Shown here: one piece after another, positions 8,901 through 13,213 of the stretch
How positions within the stretch are numbered: position 1 is the first letter of the stretch
Layout of the letters: the number at the start of each line of letters is the position of its first letter
Source of the DNA: Promethearchaeota archaeon
Lineage (GTDB): Archaea > Asgardarchaeota > Lokiarchaeia > Sigyniarchaeales > SOKP01
Reading direction: 5' to 3'
NCBI GenBank assembly: GCA_048941285.1
Contig: JBHLNS010000072.1
Coordinates: 1-13,213, forward strand
DNA length: 13,213 nucleotides
Translations under genes and position numbers: made by a program
Notes under the pieces: generated by a model
Databases searched by the model: none
What the model was told of the DNA's origin: nothing
What the model saw: the letters and a program-made list of their open reading frames with translations, nothing else

Positions 8901-9138
8901 TTCTACAATCTGTTCCAAATAGTTTTGAATAATTAACCATTACTTCCCCCCAAGAAACAATTTTATTTTGTAATTTCACTTCTTCTGTGGTTCTCATATT
9001 AATAATTCTTGATGATACAATATTTCCACTTAAATCTAAACATTTCATAAAAAACAAATTGACTGAACCAAAAGTCAGGATAATTACAAAAATTATTATA
9101 AAATAATCCAGCTTTTCGATTCTCCTCTTAAATAACAC
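5938..9138 (-). CDS. Membrane-anchored S8 subtilisin (thermitase-like) serine protease with Ig/FN3-like repeats and a cytoplasmic C-terminal domain, 1066 aa
   Basis: Intact triad VAVVDTGID, HGTQCAG and GTSMAAPHVSG, plus the oxyanion motif AAGN. N-terminal hydrophobic signal/anchor, a prodomain ending YVEPN..., and a mature start PNDEYY..QW. TM segment FILIWTFLGCAMVVIPGYIAV followed by KKIKAKK. GTG start preceded by SD-like GGGTGG. Confidence 0.93.
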   Translation of the reverse strand: MLFKRRIEKLDYFIIIFVIILTFGSVNLFFMKCLDLSGNIVSSRIINMRTTEEVKLQNKIVSWGEVMVNYSKLFGTDCRIAYHDNDVVNVREDEKLEFVLKRDSMEFSHYVKEFISNYDGEFLENPAYLNASIVYVSLEDIENFILESKSIQGIEYVEPNFYNQLDFIPNDEYYAEYQWDLTLIGMESAWDYEIGSNDIKVAVVDTGIDYTHPDLNRNYLPLGYDWVNDDDDPMDDHSHGTQCAGTIAGVINNIEGISGMANVSLVAEKAFGASGMGSMLDCRAAIMHAVDIGVDIISCSWGSTSLSQTLIEGLDYAINHNVLVIAAAGNENSSIPHYPAAYPKVLAVSATDREDLKANFSNFGSWIDIAAPGEDIFSTVPYDIQGTYYDLAYGTSMAAPHVSGLAALLKSAYPTSNASQIESLIYESAVDLGIPGFDPYYGHGRINVSNLFGPDKSPPSYSNLTESADPLELGDTEIITIDVIDPSGINQVLIEFDLNNRSMTNLGGDKWQFSFWTPSSIGNHTYMIHMEDKRKNWGFVEGSIQVVDTTNPTCKLLTNHTEPLELGNSTVFLVKATDISGIKQVLFKCKVLNDMMSNLGGDVWQLKKFSPSKVGMYNYEILVEDNFDNKASINGSIEVKDTTSPLPPILTDYPHGEVIGKIIFDWEEVYDHSGIEYFRLIIDNESNPLYTPGYVFEIIIENTGLESSYYELEVDLPQGTYYFFLYQIDGVGLQSISSSGTFIILAPNNDIKNNSDINFILIWTFLGCAMVVIPGYIAVKKIKAKKPQIVLYDPESKDLKNKVKYLSDKREENEKEAKDSIKYGNYANATYLYEQCRKISNELFKLGVLNEQERVKYYSNMQSKTALAQNTEKSFAISNINRLMIQYFDQIGINYYSEPEIYLEGDNMINGLILNDTKFLQKSLLNPKNSSNLIKELNINLGSINDIKGLQFIYTNDLSQRNIINICLNYQNPELFLFIVGIRWYPSFKKRETISIPQDNRIKYEENIRVINSNLFAILIGFDDKYRDILFKIIDSNKIFECNNINRHNIDELKADLRRNRWFILT
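7219..7776 (-). repeat. Two tandem 93-aa (279-bp) Ig-like repeats in the subtilase, followed by an FN3-like unit
   Basis: DKSPP...DPLELG...DPSGINQV...MTNLGGDKWQ...GSIQVV aligns with DTTNP...EPLELG...DISGIKQV...MSNLGGDVWQ...GSIEVK. Units start at 7776, 7497 and 7218, exactly 279 nt apart. Confidence 0.85.
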
Positions 9139-9441
9139 TCAAACCACCCTTAATTATTATTGTAAAACTATTCAAATCGCAAAAAAGTATCCCCAATCTT
9201 TCTTGGTATAATTAGTGACCTTACTTACTGCTTACATCTAAGAAAAATTTAAAACCCCATCTTAGAACGTATCCCCTTTCCAAAAAAAATAAAATAATTT
9301 ATTTATTTAAATGTTTACTTTGTCCTACGACTTTTAGGAAATTCTAAATCAAGGCTCCTAAAATGCTTTACTAAACGTTAATTATTCTATATTCTGATAA
9401 AAAGCATTAGCTCTTTCATAAATCTTAAATCATAGTTTAAT

Positions 9442-9458
9442 ATTGAAGAATCTTCAAT
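9442..9458. promoter_or_regulatory. Perfect palindrome ATTGAAGA-A-TCTTCAAT (operator-like)
   Basis: 8-bp arms with a 1-nt spacer, in the divergent intergenic region. Confidence 0.4.
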
Positions 9459-9576
9459 CCTTATCAAATATGTTTTGAGCTATATTTGAAAAGCTAGGAA
9501 TAATGTCGATAATCTTCATTAATTAAAATTTATTTTCCTTTTGATAACTTTTTTTGATTTATTTGCTCAAACTTAT

Positions 9577-9605
9577 ATCCTGTTAAGAATTTTTTTTAAC
9601 AGGAT
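9577..9605. repeat. Perfect 10-bp inverted repeat ATCCTGTTAA-N9-TTAACAGGAT
   Basis: The arms are exact reverse complements, and the spacer GAATTTTTT can pair further (G-U, A-U, A-U). Hairpin or operator. Confidence 0.6.
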
Positions 9606-10236
9606 TTGTAATTAGATTAGAGATTTATGTGAATTCATAAGTGGTTTATGCATATTGCTTTATGATCGAAATCTTATATAGGTCAAAAGGATCACTAAAT
9701 TAGTTTGACACCTTTAATTTGGTTTTATATATTACATTAGATCTAAAAAAAATTCAGATAATAGTGAATCGGAGAAGGATGATTGTTTACCCCCTATGTT
9801 TAATTCACCATCTATTAAATTAGTTATAATTATAAGCTGGTTTTGGAAAATTGAAAAAAAAGAAAATTGTTGGAGATTCTTGATTCCACTTAGTAATACA
9901 TATCTCATTGAAATCAGACACTGAATTTGCCTTCCCATCTATTCTGATTCCTCCCATAAAACTATAAATAACTTTATACTTATTATAAAATAATCATCAT
10001 TTTTGATTGGACTTCCAATTTGTTAAATTGGATCTAATTGGCATGAAAAATTTTTAATGTTGCTGACCGAATTGGGATTTTTGTAGCTGGAAAAAGGTAA
10101 TAGAAGTTCTTAATCAAAATAGCAAAAATAATAGCCAAGATAAGAAAAATCTGCTTAAAAAATGATTTTGATAATCAGATAAAAACTATGCATTATTGTA
10201 AAAATGTCAAAATATTAACTAATAAAAATAAATACT

Positions 10237-10287
10237 GAGAAATGTTATATACACCTTATCTCTATTTAAGTAATTTCAAAGAAGTGA
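10237..10287 (+). promoter_or_regulatory. Putative BRE/TATA and SD for the 10295 gene
   Basis: Purine-rich GAGAAA followed by TTATATAC (10245-10252). GAAGTGA (GAGGTGA-like) ends 7 nt before the ATG. Confidence 0.4.
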
Positions 10288-10294
10288 ATCTAAC

Positions 10295-12316
10295 ATGCGT
10301 CCTTCGGTTATCAAGTTAATATTGTTTTTTTCAATATTATTATCTTCAAATATTATAATTTCTACTTCAATTAAAGATAATGAAGTGGATTTAGCAACCT
10401 CAGCTTTGACTCCTAATCAGTTTTATGATTCATTCAAATTGTTTGGTCCAAATGGTGAGATGCTTTCTCAGCTTTTTGACATACTCTTTAATCAATCTCT
10501 CACTTTAGATAAATACGAGCTATTAAACGGAGTCTATGTTTTTAACGCATCGAAAAACAAGGATTATTCGGGTACATACCATTTTGGAGTAAATGATCAG
10601 GAGATCCATTTACTCTCATGGGCAGATGCGAATAACGATAGTGTTAACGATTTTGTAGATCCTGGTCCAGGGGTTTCATATTGTGTTGTTTCAAAGTTAG
10701 GCTCATTTAACTATTCAATTAATATCGATGCGGGTGTTACATTAATCGTCTGGGATAATGATCGTTCACTTGTGGATGCGATGAAGAGAATCCTCGATTT
10801 TGCGATTCTACTTCATGGACAAGCTCCTGAAGAAATGTTGACTTCTGAACGAACAAAATTAATCTCTTGGCTATTAAAATACATTAATAGTATCTTTTCA
10901 GGAGATGAATTGTTCATTTTTAATCCTGTTGCCTTTCAGAAAATTGAATTCACTCCCTTACAAGGGTATAATATCACTAAGACATGGTACAATACTGGAG
11001 CTAATGGAATCATCGATAATGACGACTTTTTGATCGATCCGAGCATTTTAGTCAATTGGAATGCTACAGCGGGAACAGTTAAAGATTCGCGAATGCAATG
11101 GCTTTTAACCAACATTTCTGGTAGCCCTTTTACCAAGCAAAGTTACACTACTCTATCATTTGATCTGATTCAGTTATGGCTAAAGACTTTTGAAATATCT
11201 GTTGATGCTGGAGCAATAAATATGGAAAATCAGGGCACGCCTGTTTTTACTGGAATGAACATCGAGTCTTTTCTGTTTAGGCACAGTCTAAAAGGAGCAT
11301 ATTTGTATCGTGATGATGATCAAGATGCTGCTGTCGTGGTTGATGTTCTAGAAAAAGTAATAGCAGAAGAGAAACCAGATCCCGTTATTGGTCCACAAAA
11401 GATCGAAGTAACAGATAATGTCGTATTAACACATATTGGAAAAATACATACTTTACCTCCCGAAGCAGAAGGAGAGGAAAATGTAACCTGGGCAATATCC
11501 CTCAAGGATCTCCAAATTACCTGTCTACCTATCGGGATTGATATGGATTCCTATATACAACCATATAAAGAGAACTTTACGTTTATGGATTTCACACTCA
11601 CGTTTAAAAAGTCAGCTGGAGAACCAGATACAGACGGGAAAATGAATGCAATGGGGAGTGTAAAGCTTGAACATAACTTTTCCCCTTGGAATAACGGCTC
11701 TGGTTCAAAAAAAGACATAACTGGGTTAGACTTGGCTATGATGTATCTTTCAAGCATTTTCCATTTTAAATTTGATGTAGATGCCCAAAATTTAGATCTA
11801 GTCGATCAACCTCAATCAGATATTATAGATGAATATGATAAAACTAATAATCGATTAAATATCAAAAATTACCTTGGTAAAGGGGATAACTACCTAGATT
11901 TCGTTGACATCGCTGGAGACAAATACATTCTAGGGCAAAAAGCAACATTGAATGGAAAACCGATTGGAGGAACCTCATATGAAGCTAACTCTGCAATTGA
12001 ACTTTCAGGATTGTGGAAACTTCAAGGTGATGCATGTGAATTGCATACGGGGGATATTGATACGATAAAAGATGATTTTTCCCCAGACTTTAGTTATAAC
12101 ATAAGTCATAATGTAATGTATTATGCTAATTGCTATTCAAACTTTAGCGATTATAATGCTGCGGGTATTTGGCATGATCCCACATTCTATATTTACATGG
12201 TTTTTATTCCCGAATCTACGAGTTTCTGGCCGATATTACTTGTTAGCATGGGTGTTGGATTGGCTGGAATCACCACGATATTGATCATTATCTTCAAAAG
12301 AAGAGGAAAAGGCTGA
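10295..12316 (+). CDS. Secreted, C-terminally anchored cell-surface protein of unknown function, 673 aa
   Basis: Signal peptide (MRPSVIKLILFFSILLSS...), beta-rich acidic body with many N-x-S/T sequons, GIWHDPTF just before the TM helix FWPILLVSMGVGLAGITTILIIIF, and a basic tail KRRGKG. Ends in TGA. Confidence 0.85.
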   Translation: MRPSVIKLILFFSILLSSNIIISTSIKDNEVDLATSALTPNQFYDSFKLFGPNGEMLSQLFDILFNQSLTLDKYELLNGVYVFNASKNKDYSGTYHFGVNDQEIHLLSWADANNDSVNDFVDPGPGVSYCVVSKLGSFNYSINIDAGVTLIVWDNDRSLVDAMKRILDFAILLHGQAPEEMLTSERTKLISWLLKYINSIFSGDELFIFNPVAFQKIEFTPLQGYNITKTWYNTGANGIIDNDDFLIDPSILVNWNATAGTVKDSRMQWLLTNISGSPFTKQSYTTLSFDLIQLWLKTFEISVDAGAINMENQGTPVFTGMNIESFLFRHSLKGAYLYRDDDQDAAVVVDVLEKVIAEEKPDPVIGPQKIEVTDNVVLTHIGKIHTLPPEAEGEENVTWAISLKDLQITCLPIGIDMDSYIQPYKENFTFMDFTLTFKKSAGEPDTDGKMNAMGSVKLEHNFSPWNNGSGSKKDITGLDLAMMYLSSIFHFKFDVDAQNLDLVDQPQSDIIDEYDKTNNRLNIKNYLGKGDNYLDFVDIAGDKYILGQKATLNGKPIGGTSYEANSAIELSGLWKLQGDACELHTGDIDTIKDDFSPDFSYNISHNVMYYANCYSNFSDYNAAGIWHDPTFYIYMVFIPESTSFWPILLVSMGVGLAGITTILIIIFKRRGKG

Positions 12317-12434
12317 AATAAATGGATGGAAGATTAACATATAAGAATTATCCTCTAATATCAGCAGATAATTATTAAATTTCAGACACTGATTTTACCT
12401 TTACATTAAAAAGAGAAAAAAAATAGAAAAATGT

Positions 12435-12557
12435 ATGAGTATAGATGAAATTATCAAATTAATTTTAGAAGTGAGAGCCGATCTAACCATGTTGAAAAAA
12501 TCTGTTACTTCAAAAGAAATAAAGGAGCAACTTAAATGGGGAATTAACGGAATGTAA
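12435..12557 (+). CDS. Possible 40-aa small protein or gene remnant (MSIDEIIKLILEVRADLTMLKKSVTSKEIKEQLKWGINGM)
   Basis: ATG 12435 to TAA 12557, below the ORF-track cutoff. Amphipathic helical, protein-like composition. Fills the gap convergent with the TPR gene. Confidence 0.4.
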   Translation: MSIDEIIKLILEVRADLTMLKKSVTSKEIKEQLKWGINGM

Positions 12558-12569
12558 ATCCAACATCTC

Positions 12570-13211
12570 TTAAGTTCTCTTGCTTTTTTCGGAAATTTTT
12601 TCTATATGGGGACTCTTATTAGCTAGCTCTTTTTCTATTTCCAATGCTTCTTCATATGCGTGTTCAGCGTCATCAAACCTACCTAGATCATCATATAATC
12701 TTCCAAGGCTCTTCTGTGTCATTGCAAGATTGGGTTTATACGCATCAGGATTCTTGTTAGCTAACTCTTTATCTATTTCTAACGCTTTTAGATATGCATA
12801 TTCAGCCTCCTGATACCTTCCTAGTTTCCAATATAATATTCCAAGGTTATACTGCATCATTGCAACATTGGCTTTATGTGTATCAGGATTCCTTTCAGCC
12901 AATTCTTTATATATTTCTAATGCTTCTTGATATGCGTGTTCAGTTTCCTCAACCCTTCCTAAATCAGCATATAATAGTCCAAAGTTATTCTGTGTTAAGG
13001 CAACAGCGGGTCTAAATGCATCAGGATTCTTGTTAGCTAACTCCTTAACTATTCCTAATGCTTCTTGATACGCGAATTCAGCTTCCTCGTATCTTCCTAG
13101 TTTCCAATATAATATTCCAAGATTATTTTGGGTCATCGCAACTTTAGGCAAATATGTATCGGGATTTTTCTCAGCTAATACTTTATATTTTTCTAATGCT
13201 CCTAAGTATGC
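12570..13211 (-). CDS. Tetratricopeptide repeat protein (long 46-aa TPR units, TPR_10/12-like), 5'-truncated by window edge
   Basis: The frame is open to the window end (AYLGALEKYKVLAEKNPDTYLPKVAMTQNNLG...), so the TTG at 13151 is internal. Four full units of the type VAxTQNNLGxLYxxLGRxEEAExAYQEALxIxKELAxKNPD. Confidence 0.92.
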   Translation of the reverse strand, partial: AYLGALEKYKVLAEKNPDTYLPKVAMTQNNLGILYWKLGRYEEAEFAYQEALGIVKELANKNPDAFRPAVALTQNNFGLLYADLGRVEETEHAYQEALEIYKELAERNPDTHKANVAMMQYNLGILYWKLGRYQEAEYAYLKALEIDKELANKNPDAYKPNLAMTQKSLGRLYDDLGRFDDAEHAYEEALEIEKELANKSPHIEKISEKSKRT

Positions 13212-13213
13212 GT

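Noticed and set aside
9732-9957. 68-aa minus ORF and an overlapping 45-aa frame (MGGIRIDGKANSV...)
   Set aside because: No recognisable homology, and both cross a homopolymer run. A frameshifted relic cannot be excluded but is unsupported.
10936-11757. Three short minus-strand ORFs
   Set aside because: Antisense to the 673-aa surface protein.
12314-12316. TGA as selenocysteine in the surface protein
   Set aside because: It follows the TM helix and basic tail, a natural C-terminus, and there is no redox-motif context.
12580-13015. Plus-strand ORFs 12580-12813 and 12794-13015
   Set aside because: Antisense shadows of the TPR repeats.
12742-13121. 26-29 nt direct repeats as CRISPR or a DGR template/variable pair
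   Set aside because: They are in-frame parts of TPR units 276 nt apart, with no spacers, cas genes or reverse transcriptase in the window.

Overview
AT-rich (roughly 30% GC by eye) window whose gene content points to an Asgard archaeon, most likely Lokiarchaeia/Promethearchaeia. This is an inference from the longin-domain proteins, the stand-alone 7TM protein, the Ig-repeat subtilase and the 46-aa TPR arrays. Eight credible genes: (1) a 5'-truncated polytopic membrane protein ending in a longin-like domain; (2) a stand-alone 7TM protein of HisKA_7TM type; (3) a soluble longin-like protein; (4) a cyclase/kynurenine formamidase-family hydrolase whose true N-terminus (MKFIDLSIPI) is separated from the rest by an in-frame TAG at codon 15, which the ORF track missed; (5) a multi-4Fe-4S protein; (6) a membrane-anchored S8 subtilase with Ig/FN3-like repeats and a large cytoplasmic tail; (7) a signal-peptide plus C-terminal-anchor surface protein; (8) a 5'-truncated TPR protein. 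There is also a 40-aa small ORF and a 1.15 kb divergent intergenic region with perfect palindromes. No rRNA, tRNA, CRISPR or transposase was seen. The best leads are the in-frame amber codon followed by a hairpin, the membrane-longin/7TM/soluble-longin cluster, and the receptor-like protease.
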